Assembly (NCBI GenBank): GCA_019739225.1
Contig: JAHHDT010000006.1
Coordinates: 189,823-253,822, forward strand
Direction of reading: 5' to 3'
Origin: Aquamicrobium sp.
GTDB taxonomy: Bacteria > Pseudomonadota > Alphaproteobacteria > Rhizobiales > Rhizobiaceae
DNA: 64,000 nucleotides
Shown: positions 17,842-27,951 of the stretch, one piece after another
How positions within the stretch are numbered: position 1 is the stretch's first letter
Layout: each line of letters starts with the position of its first letter
Made by a program: the position numbers and the translations under genes
The notes under the pieces: generated by a model
The model's input: the letters and a program-made list of their open reading frames with translations, nothing else
The model's database searches: none
Told to the model about the DNA's origin: nothing

Positions 17842-19014
17842 CTAGATCACGTTGAGTTCGCGGAAGGGGCGGCCATCGGCGATGCGCTGCCAGGCAAAGG
17901 GGCTGCAGTCGACGGTGCGGTAGCCTCCGTGGACGATTAATTCGGCCAGCGCCTTGCCGACAGCCGGCGCCTGCTGCAGGCCGTGGCCGGAAAAGCCGTT
18001 GGCGAACAGGAAGTTCTGAACTTCCGGGTGCGGGCCGATCACGGCGTTCTGGTCGAGCGTGTTGTATTCATAGTGGCCGGCCCAGGCGCGGCCGGGCCTG
18101 ATCGCCTCGAAGGCGGGAATGCGGGCGGCGAGCGTCGGCCAGACCACCTCCTCGAACAGCGACCAGTCCGGATCGAAATCCGCCGGATCGGCCGGGCCTT
18201 CGCCGTCCTCGTTCTCGGCGCCCCCGGTGATATAGACCGAGCCTTCCGGTCTCACCCAGACGCCGGACGGATCGACCAGCAGCGGCATGTCCTCGAAGCG
18301 CTCGCGCGCCTCGAAGACGAAGACCGACCGCTTGCGCGGCTCGACCGGCAGGACGAGGCCGGCAACGCGCGGCGACGCGGCCGGCATTGGGGCCTGCCGC
18401 GTTGATGACGAGGCCCGCGTCGAGGCTTTCGCCGTCGGCAAGGGTGACGCCGGTCACGCGGTCGCCCTCGCGCCGGATTGCGAACTGACCTCGCCCGTGA
18501 TCATCTCCACATTGCGCTGCCTGAGCGCCTTGCGGAACAGCATCAGCAGCGCATGGGCGTCGAACCAGCCTTCGCCCGAGCGGCCATAGGCACCTGCGGA
18601 AAGACCTTCGCCGGACAGCCAGGCGAAACGCTTCTGCAGCGTCTCGGCGTCCTCCAGCACGATGTCGGCGCCTTCGGCCAGCTGCACGGCGTGGTTGGCT
18701 TCGAGGATCGAGCCGCCTTCGGGGCCGGCGAGGATCAGGTAGCCTTTCTCGCGAAAGCCGATGTCGGCGTCGTCGCCGAAGTGCTTTTTCAGCTCACGGA
18801 AGAGGCCGAGGGTGAACCGCGACAGGCGGATGTTTTCGGCGATCGAGAATTGCTGGCGGATCGAGGCGGCCGACAGGGTGGTGGCGGAGCAGGTGAATTG
18901 CGGGTCGCGCTCGATCAGCGCGATGGAACCCGCAAAGCCCTCCTCGCGCAGGGACCAGGCGATGGAGGCGCCGACGATCGCGCCGCCGATGATGACGATG
19001 TCGGTACTGGCCAT
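17842..19014 (-). pseudogene. FAD-dependent (DAO-family) oxidoreductase with two opposite frameshifts 115 nt apart
   Basis: The N-terminus MASTDIVIIGGAIVGASIAW... (ORF 18454..19137 from the ATG at 19014) and the C-terminus [19 protein letters not shown]...[21 protein letters not shown] (ORF 17842..18441) share one frame, separated by a TGA at 18454-18456. The family-typical middle segment [37 protein letters not shown] is in another frame (ORF 18068..18457). Confidence 0.8.
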
Positions 19015-19135
19015 GCCCGGCTCTTCCTCTGTCGATGCGGCGCGGACAGAAACAGTTTCGTCGCCGGCCCGCAAGTGGGGCATTGCCGCGCGCTTGCGCT
19101 TGCGCGGGGAAATCCGTTGCGCCAGAAAGGACGCC

Positions 19136-20026
19136 ATGCAGATCAGACCGACACGCCCGCGCCGCTCAGTGCTCTATGTTCCTGCCGCCAACGAAAAGGC
19201 GCTGGCGAAGGTGCCTAGCCTTGCCTGCGACTGTGTCGTCGTCGACCTCGAGGATGCGGTAGCACCGGCGCAGAAGGTAGTGGCGCGCGAGCGCATGCGC
19301 GACTTCGTTGCCGCGCGAGGCGAGGGCGGGCCGGAAATCGTCGTGCGCGTCAATGCGCTGTCGAGCGAATGGGGTAACGCCGATCTGCTGGCCGCGCGCG
19401 AGGCTCGCCCGGATGCGATCCTGCTGCCCAAGGTGGAGACGGCGCGCGACGTGCTGGAGGCGAACGACGTGCTGGACGAAACGGAAGCGCGCGCCTCGCT
19501 GTGGCTTTGGGCGATGATCGAGACGCCACGGGCGATGCTCAACATTGGCGCGATCGCCGCGTTGGGGCGCGATCGCGGGGCGCGGCTGGCCTGCCTAGTG
19601 GCCGGCACCAACGATCTCGTCAAGGAAACCGGCGTTCTCGCCACCCCCGACCGGCGCTATCTGGTGCCGTGGCTGATGCAGATCGTGCTGGCTGCGCGCG
19701 CCGGCGGGCTCGACGCGCTGGACGGGGTCAGAAACGATTTTTCCGATCTCGACGCCTTCGGGGCCGAATGCGGCGAAGGCCGCGACATGGGCTTCGACGG
19801 CAAGACACTGATACACCCGGCGCAGATCGGCCCCGCCAACACGGCATTTTCGCCCTCTGCCGAAGCCGTCGCGGAAGCGCTGGCGATCCGCGCGGCCTTC
19901 GCGCTGCCGGAGAACGCGGCCAGCGGCGTCATCTCGCTGGATGGGAAGATGGTCGAGCGGCTGCATCTCGACCAAGCCGAGCGGCTGTTGGCGAAAGCGG
20001 ATTTGGGAAAGGACCAGACGCGATGA
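19136..20026 (+). CDS. HpcH/HpaI aldolase / citrate lyase beta (CitE)-like lyase
   Basis: ATG at 19136 inside ORF 18761..20026 gives 296 aa: RSVLYVPAANEKALAKV...VVVDLEDAV...ETPRAMLNIGAIAA...GFDGKTLIHPAQI. Confidence 0.85.
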   Translation: MQIRPTRPRRSVLYVPAANEKALAKVPSLACDCVVVDLEDAVAPAQKVVARERMRDFVAARGEGGPEIVVRVNALSSEWGNADLLAAREARPDAILLPKVETARDVLEANDVLDETEARASLWLWAMIETPRAMLNIGAIAALGRDRGARLACLVAGTNDLVKETGVLATPDRRYLVPWLMQIVLAARAGGLDALDGVRNDFSDLDAFGAECGEGRDMGFDGKTLIHPAQIGPANTAFSPSAEAVAEALAIRAAFALPENAASGVISLDGKMVERLHLDQAERLLAKADLGKDQTR

Positions 20027-20229
20027 AACTCTACCGATTCCTGACCGGACCGGACGATTCGAGCTTCTGCCACAAGGTGACGGCGGCGCTGAACAAGGGC
20101 TGGCACATCTACGGCTCGCCCACCTATGCGTTCGATGCCGAAACCAAGACCATGCGTTGCGGGCAGGCGGTTTTCAAGGAAGTCGAGGGCAAGGACTACC
20201 ACCCGGACATGAAGCTGGGCGAGCAGTAG
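20023..20229 (+). CDS. DUF1737 domain protein
   Basis: 68 aa: MKLYRFLTGPDDSSFCHKVTAALNKGWHIYGSPTYAFD... Its ATG overlaps the CitE-like stop (ATGA). Confidence 0.75.
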   Translation: MKLYRFLTGPDDSSFCHKVTAALNKGWHIYGSPTYAFDAETKTMRCGQAVFKEVEGKDYHPDMKLGEQ

Positions 20230-20259
20230 CGCGCCGGGCTTCAATAGGCGCTAAGCCGA

Positions 20260-21042
20260 TCAGACGCTGACCCCGAACAGCCGGCCTATGCCCGCAGTGA
20301 CCGCCATGGCGAACACGCCCCAGACAACGACCCGTGCGCTGGCCCTGAGGACCGGTGCCGCCCCGGCCTTGGCGCCGAGCGCGCCGAGAATGGCGAGTGT
20401 CGCCACGGTGACAATCAGCACGACCGGGATGACGGCCCCATCCGGCGCGAACCATGCCGCTGCCAGCGGGATGGCGGCGGCTGCGCTGAAGGTGGCCGCC
20501 GAGGTGAAGGCTGCCTGAAGGGGATTGGCGGCGAGGTGCTCCGAAAGGCCAAGCTCGTCGCGGACATGGGCGCCGAGTGCGTCGCGTTCGGTGAGCTCGC
20601 GGGCGACCTGCATGGCCGTCGCCTCGCTCAGGCCACGCTCGCGGTAGATGGTGGCCAGCTCGACCAGTTCGGTTTCCGGGTCGTCGCGGAGCGCGGCCTT
20701 TTCACGGGCAATATCGGCTTTTTCAGTGTCCGACTGCGAGGAGACCGAAACATATTCGCCCGCAGCCATCGACATCGCGCCTGCCGTCAGACCGGCAATT
20801 CCCGCGATGATGACGGTTTTGGGATCCGGGCCGGCTGCCGCCACGCCGACGATGAGCGAGGAGACCGAGACGATGCCGTCATTGGCACCCAGAACGGCAG
20901 CACGAAGCCAGCCGCTGCGGGTGATGTAGTGCGGATCATCCGGATGCGCTGAAGGGCCGGTCAAGGTTTTTCGCCTTATCGCCTTATCGCCTGATTGTCG
21001 GGCTCGCACTGTAGGAATAGCGTCGCCAGCGGCTGCAGGCAA
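20260..21042 (-). CDS. VIT1/CCC1 family transporter
   Basis: 260-aa ORF with LRAAVLGANDGIVSVSSLIVGVAAAG and MSMAAGEYVSVSSQSD. The true start may be downstream of 21042. Confidence 0.85.
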   Translation of the reverse strand: MPAAAGDAIPTVRARQSGDKAIRRKTLTGPSAHPDDPHYITRSGWLRAAVLGANDGIVSVSSLIVGVAAAGPDPKTVIIAGIAGLTAGAMSMAAGEYVSVSSQSDTEKADIAREKAALRDDPETELVELATIYRERGLSEATAMQVARELTERDALGAHVRDELGLSEHLAANPLQAAFTSAATFSAAAAIPLAAAWFAPDGAVIPVVLIVTVATLAILGALGAKAGAAPVLRASARVVVWGVFAMAVTAGIGRLFGVSV

Positions 21043-21072
21043 CTACCGAAACGCCGGAATTGCGGGGTTCCG

Positions 21073-21504
21073 CTAGGGCCGGGTCTCGGCGTTTTCCTCG
21101 ATCTGCGCCATGTCGTCGTCGGACAGGCCGAAATGATGCCCGATCTCGTGGATCAGCACATGGGCGACGATGTCGCCCAGCGTCTCCTCGTTCTCGGCCC
21201 AGTAGTCCAGGATGGCGCGGCGATAGAGGGTCACGCGGTTCGGGCCCTCTCCGGTGGAAGGGTTCCAGCGCTCGGCGATGCCGCGGCCCTCGAACAGGCC
21301 GAGCAGGTCGAACGGCGTCTCAAGCGCGAGGTCGTCCATGATCTCGTCGGTCGGAAATTCGGCGATCTGGATGACGATCTCGCCGGTGAGCTTGCGGAAT
21401 TCGCCGGGCAGATGCGCATAGGTTTCCAGCGCCAGAAGCTCGAACTCCTGAAGCGAGGGCGAAAGCTGGTCGGTCCAGTCGCGGGTCTGATAGATGCGGG
21501 CCAT
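21073..21504 (-). CDS. Zinicin-like metallopeptidase family protein
   Basis: ATG at 21504 inside ORF 21073..21918 gives 143 aa ending ...VLIHEIGHHFGLSDDDM (HExxH). Confidence 0.8.
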   Translation of the reverse strand: MARIYQTRDWTDQLSPSLQEFELLALETYAHLPGEFRKLTGEIVIQIAEFPTDEIMDDLALETPFDLLGLFEGRGIAERWNPSTGEGPNRVTLYRRAILDYWAENEETLGDIVAHVLIHEIGHHFGLSDDDMAQIEENAETRP

Positions 21505-21671
21505 GCAGTGTCCTTTGGCCGCCATATAGACCTTTGCAGCGCGGCTTTCGACCCCTGATTCCGCAAGCGTTACCGCGCCAGGCGCGCGCGATGGCGGATT
21601 GGCCGCCAGAGTAGAGGAATAAATTCTTCGAGACTCCGCTTGACTCTTCGGTGCGGCTCTGGAATCCATTA

Positions 21672-21686
21672 GAACATAATAGGAAC
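21672..21686 (+). promoter_or_regulatory. Alphaproteobacterial LexA (SOS) box GAAC-N7-GAAC
   Basis: gaacataataggaac lies 24 nt upstream of the imuA ATG at 21710. The direct-repeat GAAC-N7-GAAC is the LexA operator described for alphaproteobacteria. Confidence 0.75.
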
Positions 21687-21709
21687 ATTTAGCGCGAAAG
21701 AGCAGCATC

Positions 21710-22649
21710 ATGGCGACATCCGCCGTGGCGCGAGAGGCTGTTTGTGCCTTGCGCCGGGAAATTGCGAGGATCGAGGGTACGCTGCCGGAGCGGCTGGAGC
21801 CGGCTGAGGTGCGCCGGCTCGGCCAGTGCCGGGGCGGGCATTGTCCTGCGCCGGCAGGGCGCTGCCGACGGCACGGCAGGACTTCTGCCGACGGGCGCAG
21901 GCGGCCTCGACGCCGCACTGGGCGGCGGGTTGCCGCTCGCGGCTCTGGTGGAGATCCATGGCAGGGAAACGCGCGATGCAGGCGCCGTGGCCGGTTTCGC
22001 GCTGGCGATGGTCGCGCTGGCGCGCAGGCAGGCCACGGTGAAGGCGCCGCTTCTGTGGGTGACTGCGGGCGAAACGTTCCCCGAGGCGGGAAGCCCTTAT
22101 GCGCCCGGTATCCTGCACCGGTTCGGCCTGCCGCCGGCGGCCCTGCTGGTCGCGCAGGGCCGCCGGCTGGAGGATGCGCTGTGGGTGGCGGAGGAGGCCG
22201 CTGCGCTTGGCGCGCTTTCGGCGGTGCTGCTCGAGGTGCGGGGGCACACGCCGAAGCTCGACCTGACCGCCACGCGCCGCCTGCATCGGCGCACCCAGGC
22301 CGCCGGCCGCCCGCTCTATCTCCTGCGTCATGCCGGCGAGCCGGCGCCGACGGCAGCGCCGGTGCGGCTCGTCGTGTCGGCCGCGCCCGCGGCGAAGCGG
22401 CAGATCCTTTCGGGTACGCTTGCCGGATCGATCGGTCCGCCCGCTTTCACCGTCGCGGTTTCCCGAAGCCGCCTGGGCATACCTGCAACCTTCACACTGG
22501 AATGGAACGACGATGAGCGCGCCTTTGACGAGAGACGATCCGACCCCGGCGGGGCGCAGGATCATGGCGCTTTGGTTTCCGCTGCTGCCGACGGAACGTA
22601 TCCTGAGAGCGCGGCTGGGGCGGGCCTGGCGCTCAGAGGCGCGGCGTGA
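21710..22649 (+). pseudogene. imuA: ImuA (SOS mutagenesis cassette), apparent frameshift near codon 35-45
   Basis: The N-terminus MATSAVAREAVCALRREIARIEGTLPE (frame of ORF 21710..22516) is ImuA-like. The RecA-fold-like body LLPTGAGGLDAALGGGLPLAALVEIHG...TLEWNDDERAF lies in ORF 21744..22649. The frames must join around 21805-21845. Confidence 0.7.
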
Positions 22650-24117
22650 GGTCAAGGGTGCCCGCCGGCCGCTCGCCATCAGCCGCCGCGAGAACAATAC
22701 GCAACGCATCGCAGCCCTCGACGAGGCGGCCGCCGCCCTCGGGCTGCGCCCGGGAATGGGGGTGGCCGATGCGCGCGCCATGCATCCCGGGCTGGACGTG
22801 ATCGAGGCGGAGCCGGAGGCCGACCGCAGGCTTCTGGAAAGCCTTGCTGACTGGTGCGACCGTTATACGCCGCTGGTCGCGCTGTGCGGAGAGGACGGGC
22901 TTTTTCTCGACATCACCGGTTGCGTCCACCTCTTCGGCGGCGAACAGGCGATGCTCGACGAGGTGCTGGAGCGGCTTTACAGCCAGGGCTTTCGCGCCCG
23001 TGCGGGGCTCGCCTCCACGCCGGGCATGGCATGGGCGGCCGCCCGTTTCCTGCGGCCCGCCCCGATCGAACCGGGCGCGGAGGCACCGGCGCTCTCCGGC
23101 CTGCCGCCGGCGGCGCTGCGGCTTGAGCCTCCCGCATGCAAGGGGCTCGAAAGCCTGGGCCTGCGCACCGTCGGCGCGCTGATGGAAACGCCGCGCGGGC
23201 CGCTCGTGCGCCGTTTCGGCAAGCTGCCGGTCATGCGCCTCGACCAGGCGCTCGGCCGGCTGGAGGAGGCTGTGTCGCCACGCCTGCCCGTCGCGCCGCT
23301 TTCGGTGGAGCGTCGCCTCGCCGAGCCGGTTGTGCTGGAGGATGACATCGAACGGCTGCTGCTTCTCCTGTCGGCGACGCTGAAAGCCGATCTGGAGCGA
23401 CGCGACGAAGGCGCGCGCCTGCTCCAGCTCGCCCTTTTCCGGGTGGATGGCGCCGTGCATCGCCTGACCGTCGGCGCGTCACGGCCGCTGCGCGAGCCGG
23501 CGCTGATCCTCAAGCTCTTCCGCGAAAAGCTCAAGGCCCTTGGCGGCGTCGATGCCGATTACGGGTTCGAAATGGTGCGGCTTTCGGCACTTGAAGCCGC
23601 ACCCTTCGCGGCGGAACAGGTCGACCTGGCCGGCGAAAGCAAGGCGGATGATGCGGGGCTGGCGCTTTTTGCCGATCGTGTCCGCGCCCGGCTGGGCGAC
23701 CGTTCGATCCTGCAGCCCGTCATGGTCGAAAGCCACATCCCCGAACGCGCCGTTGCGTTCCTCCCCTTCACCGGCGTGATTGAAAATGTCGGCCGCACGG
23801 ATGAAGGACACCTTGCCCGCGGCATGGAGCGGCCCGTCAGGCTTTTTCCGCATCCCGAACCGGTCGAGGTGATGGCGGAGATCCCCGAGGGGCCGCCGGC
23901 CCGTTTCCGCTGGCGGCGGGCATCCTATCGCGTCGCAGGGGCGGAAGGTCCCGAGCGCATCGCCCCGGAATGGTGGCAGGAAAGGGAGGAGGGCGAAACG
24001 CGGGACTATTATCGGGTCGAGGATGATCGCGGGCGGCGCTACTGGCTTTATCGCGAAGGCTTTTACGACGAGGGCGAAACGCCGCCGCGCTGGTTCATGC
24101 AAGGGGTCTTCGCATGA
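22513..24117 (+). CDS. imuB: ImuB, Y-family-polymerase-like protein
   Basis: ATG at 22513 inside ORF 22330..24117. RRIMALWFPLLPTERILR is the typical ImuB N-terminus. It overlaps dnaE2 by 4 nt. Confidence 0.88.
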   Translation: MSAPLTRDDPTPAGRRIMALWFPLLPTERILRARLGRAWRSEARREVKGARRPLAISRRENNTQRIAALDEAAAALGLRPGMGVADARAMHPGLDVIEAEPEADRRLLESLADWCDRYTPLVALCGEDGLFLDITGCVHLFGGEQAMLDEVLERLYSQGFRARAGLASTPGMAWAAARFLRPAPIEPGAEAPALSGLPPAALRLEPPACKGLESLGLRTVGALMETPRGPLVRRFGKLPVMRLDQALGRLEEAVSPRLPVAPLSVERRLAEPVVLEDDIERLLLLLSATLKADLERRDEGARLLQLALFRVDGAVHRLTVGASRPLREPALILKLFREKLKALGGVDADYGFEMVRLSALEAAPFAAEQVDLAGESKADDAGLALFADRVRARLGDRSILQPVMVESHIPERAVAFLPFTGVIENVGRTDEGHLARGMERPVRLFPHPEPVEVMAEIPEGPPARFRWRRASYRVAGAEGPERIAPEWWQEREEGETRDYYRVEDDRGRRYWLYREGFYDEGETPPRWFMQGVFA

Positions 24118-27100
24118 GCGCTGCGCCTGTCTCCTATGTCGAGTTCGCCACGCAATCGAACTTTTCGTTCCTGCGCGCGGCGTCGAGGCCGGAGGAACTG
24201 GTGGTTTCCGCTTACATGCTCGGTCACGCGGCCATGGGACTTGCCGATCGCAACACGGTTGCGGGTGTGGTGCGCGCCTGGAGCCAGTCGAAGCAGATCC
24301 TTCTGGAAGAGAAAGGGCCTGTGTTTACCCTGCCCTACCATCCCGGCTGCCGTCTCGTCTTTGCCGACGGCACGCCCGATGTGCTTGTCTATCCGCGCGA
24401 CCGAAAGGGCTGGGGGAACCTGTGCCGCCTGCTCACCCAGGCGAATTTTCGCGACGAGAGCCCGAAAGGCGACCCGAAGGTCTATCTCGCGGACCTGCTC
24501 GAATGGGGCGGGCACATGTCGCTGGCCGTTATCCCGTTCCTTTCAAAGGAGGTGACGAAAGAGCTCGGTCTTTTGCGGCAGTTGCGGGAGCGTTTCGGCC
24601 GGCAGGCGGTGTGGCTCGCCGTGGCACCCCTTTATGACGGTAACGATCGCTTTCGCATCGAGCAGGCGGCTGCGATGGCCTCTAAAGCCGGTCTGCGGCT
24701 GATGGCGATCAACGATGTGCTCTATCATGCCGCCGAACGACGGCCGTTGCAGGACGTGCTTACCGCGATCCGCCTCAACACGCCCGTCGCCAGGGCAGGT
24801 TATGCGCTGCAGGCCAATAACGAGCGCCATCTGAAACCGCCGGCGGAAATGGCGCGGCTGTTCAAGCGATATCCGGGTGCGATCGCCGAGACGGTGCGTT
24901 TTGCCGCGACGCTGTCCTTTTCGCTCAGGGAGCTGAGTCACAACTATCCCGAAGACACGACGATGGCCGGCGCCGATCCTCAGGAGGAGCTCGAACGGCT
25001 GACATGGGATGGCGCCGAAAAACGCTACAAGGGCGCGATCCCTGAATCGGTGAAGAAGCAGATCCGGCATGAACTGCAGATCGTCGCCATAAAGGATTAT
25101 GCGCGCTATTTCCTGACCGTCCACGACATCGTCCGGTTTGCGCGCTCGAAGGAGATTCTTTGCCAGGGACGCGGATCGGCGGCCAATTCCGTGATCTGCT
25201 ATTGTCTCGAGATCACGGAGGTCGACCCCATTCTTGTCGGCAATGGGCTCTTCGAGCGCTTCGTCTCAACCGAGCGCGACGAGCCGCCGGACATCGACGT
25301 CGATTTCGAGCATGAAAAGCGCGCTCAGGTCATTGCCTATATCTACGAAAAGTACAGCAACACGCGCACCGCATTGGCCGCATCCGTCGTCACCTATCGG
25401 GGCCGTTCGGCGGTGCGGGAAGTGGCGAAGGCCATGGGCCTCTCCGACGATGTCCAGTCAGCCCTGTCGAGCTCGATCTGGGGCTGGTGGTCGAGCGAGC
25501 TGGGCGACAGGGAAGCCAGAAGCGCCGGCATGGCCGATGACGAGGTGGTGAGGAACCATGTTATCAACCTCGCCAACGAACTGATCCGAAGCGAGTGCCC
25601 GCGCCACCTTTCGCAGCATGTCGGCGGGTTCGTGATAACCAAGGACCGGCTGGACGAAATCGTCCCCATCGTCAGGACGGCGATGGACGAGCGCAAGATG
25701 GTCGAGTGGGACAAGAACGATCTCGATGCGGTCGGTCTCATCAAGGTCGATGTGCTGGCGCTCGGAATGCTGTCCTGCCTCAAGCGCGCCTTCGTCCTGC
25801 TGGACGAGCATTATGGGCTAAATCTGACGCTCGACAGCATGCCGAAGGAAGACGGTCGGGTCTACGACATGATCTGCCGTGCCGACACGCTGGGGGTCTT
25901 CCAGATCGAGAGCCGCGCCCAGATGTCGATGCTGCCGCGATTGAAGCCGCGCGAATTCTACGATCTGGTCATCGAGGTTGCGATCGTTCGACCCGGTCCC
26001 ATCCAGGGCAACATGGTCCACCCCTATCTGCGGCGCAGGATGGAAAAGGAGAATGTCGACTACCCCAAAGAGGAGATGCGGCAAATTCTCGGCAGGACCC
26101 TCGGCGTGCCCCTGTTCCAGGAACAGGCGATGAAGATAGCCATCGTCGCGGGCGGTTATTCCGCGAGCGAAGCCGACAAGCTTCGGCGCTCGATGGCAAC
26201 CTTCAGACGTGACGGCACCATTGAGAAGCATCGCGACAAGCTCGTCGGTGGAATGGTCGAAAACGGATACACCGAGGAATTCGCGCAGCGTGTCTTCAAG
26301 CAGATCGAGGGGTTCGGCGATTATGGCTTTCCGGAAAGCCATGCCGCCTCTTTCGCGCTGCTGGTCTATGCGTCTTGCTGGTTCAAGACCTTCTATCCGG
26401 ACGTCTTCTGCGCGGCGATCCTCAATTCCCAGCCGATGGGTTTCTACGCCCCGGCGCAGCTCGTCCGCGACGCGGCCGACCACGGCGTGGAGGTCCGGCC
26501 GGTCGACATCAACCATTCCGCCTGGGACTGCACGCTCGAGGAAGCGCCATTCGATCCCGCGAAGGTCGCACACCGGCACAGGGAGATGCGCGGTGTCATC
26601 GAGACACGCCATGCTGTGCGGCTGGGGTTCCGGCAGATCAAGGGCCTGTCCGAAGCGGAAATGACGACATTCGTGCAACAGCGCGGCGACGGCTACGAAT
26701 CCGTGCGCGACGTGTGGCTGCGATCACGCCTCCATGTCGACGCGATCAGAAAGCTGGCGGAGGCCGACGCGTTCGGCTCCATCGGTCTCGACCGGCGAGC
26801 GGCGCTGTGGGCGGTACGCGCGCTTGACGGCAGGAGTGCCGCCGAGCGCCTGCCCTTGTTCGACCGGCCGGATGTCCGGCTGCCCGACAACGAACCCCAG
26901 ACGACCCTTCCCGCCATGCCGCTCGGCGAGCACGTCATCCACGACTATCGCCTGCTTCGCCTTTCACTCAAGGCGCATCCGGTCTCCTTCCTGCGCGCCG
27001 GGCTGGAGCGAGACGGCATCACGCCCAACGCGGTGCTGCCCAACATTCCTGATGGGCGCCGCGTGTCGGTTGCCGGGCTGGTGCTGGTGCGGCAGCGTCC

Positions 27101-27503
27101 CGGCAACGGCAAGGCGATCTTCCTCACACTGGAGGATGAGAATTCGATCGCCAACGTCATCATCTGGACGCGGGTGTTCGATCGTTACCGTCCGGTCATC
27201 CTCGGCGGACGGCTGGTGCGGGTGACGGGGAAGCTGCAATCGGAGTCGGACGTCATCCATATCGTCGCCGAACGGATCGAGGATCTGAGCCATCGGCTGG
27301 AGGCGCTGTCGGAAGCGGCCCAGACCGTCGATTTCCGTTCGCCTCCGGACGAGATCAAGCGTGCTATCGGCCATGACAGCCGGGTCCGCCCGGACAAGCG
27401 GGGGGTCGATCGAGAAGCCCTGCGAGAGCCGGCCGGGCACATTGGCGGCGAGCCCGCCGCCAATGTGAAGAAGCTGATGCCCAAGGGGCGCAACTTTCAC
27501 TGA
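24114..27503 (+). CDS. dnaE2: Error-prone DNA polymerase DnaE2 (ImuC)
   Basis: 1129-aa ORF with a PHP-domain N-terminus YVEFATQSNFSFLRAAS, a Pol III alpha core and an OB fold. It sits downstream of imuAB. Confidence 0.95.
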   Translation: MSAAPVSYVEFATQSNFSFLRAASRPEELVVSAYMLGHAAMGLADRNTVAGVVRAWSQSKQILLEEKGPVFTLPYHPGCRLVFADGTPDVLVYPRDRKGWGNLCRLLTQANFRDESPKGDPKVYLADLLEWGGHMSLAVIPFLSKEVTKELGLLRQLRERFGRQAVWLAVAPLYDGNDRFRIEQAAAMASKAGLRLMAINDVLYHAAERRPLQDVLTAIRLNTPVARAGYALQANNERHLKPPAEMARLFKRYPGAIAETVRFAATLSFSLRELSHNYPEDTTMAGADPQEELERLTWDGAEKRYKGAIPESVKKQIRHELQIVAIKDYARYFLTVHDIVRFARSKEILCQGRGSAANSVICYCLEITEVDPILVGNGLFERFVSTERDEPPDIDVDFEHEKRAQVIAYIYEKYSNTRTALAASVVTYRGRSAVREVAKAMGLSDDVQSALSSSIWGWWSSELGDREARSAGMADDEVVRNHVINLANELIRSECPRHLSQHVGGFVITKDRLDEIVPIVRTAMDERKMVEWDKNDLDAVGLIKVDVLALGMLSCLKRAFVLLDEHYGLNLTLDSMPKEDGRVYDMICRADTLGVFQIESRAQMSMLPRLKPREFYDLVIEVAIVRPGPIQGNMVHPYLRRRMEKENVDYPKEEMRQILGRTLGVPLFQEQAMKIAIVAGGYSASEADKLRRSMATFRRDGTIEKHRDKLVGGMVENGYTEEFAQRVFKQIEGFGDYGFPESHAASFALLVYASCWFKTFYPDVFCAAILNSQPMGFYAPAQLVRDAADHGVEVRPVDINHSAWDCTLEEAPFDPAKVAHRHREMRGVIETRHAVRLGFRQIKGLSEAEMTTFVQQRGDGYESVRDVWLRSRLHVDAIRKLAEADAFGSIGLDRRAALWAVRALDGRSAAERLPLFDRPDVRLPDNEPQTTLPAMPLGEHVIHDYRLLRLSLKAHPVSFLRAGLERDGITPNAVLPNIPDGRRVSVAGLVLVRQRPGNGKAIFLTLEDENSIANVIIWTRVFDRYRPVILGGRLVRVTGKLQSESDVIHIVAERIEDLSHRLEALSEAAQTVDFRSPPDEIKRAIGHDSRVRPDKRGVDREALREPAGHIGGEPAANVKKLMPKGRNFH

Positions 27504-27951
27504 ACCGGGTATCGATGGTCAGGAGAATGCCAGCCACCAACAACCGATCAGTCGAGCTGTCTGTATTCTCATGCGGCTGAGTTCGCTGCATTGCGCCGCG
27601 CACGCAAGCGGCCTACCTGCCGGCGGTGGGGCTCGGCCGGACCTCGTTCGCAAGCGGCTGCATCATATGCCGAGGAGAATGGCCGGACGCAGCCACATGG
27701 CACTGAACTCAGGTCAGCGTCGTGCGAAAAGCCCCTACTCCGTCTTGCGCCCAATTCGAGGGAGAGGAATGGTGCCAAGCGGTTTGGTCGGCGCTTTCTT
27801 TCTACCGCCTCTCACGGGAGAGAGATGGCCGTGAAGCGGTAGGGGTCGGCGAAACATGCGCAATCCGGCGTTGAATGCAGTGGCATAGACCAGCGACCGC
27901 CTCGTCGAAATCCTGCGTGGGGCACACAAATGCCGTCGGGTGCCTGAGCCG

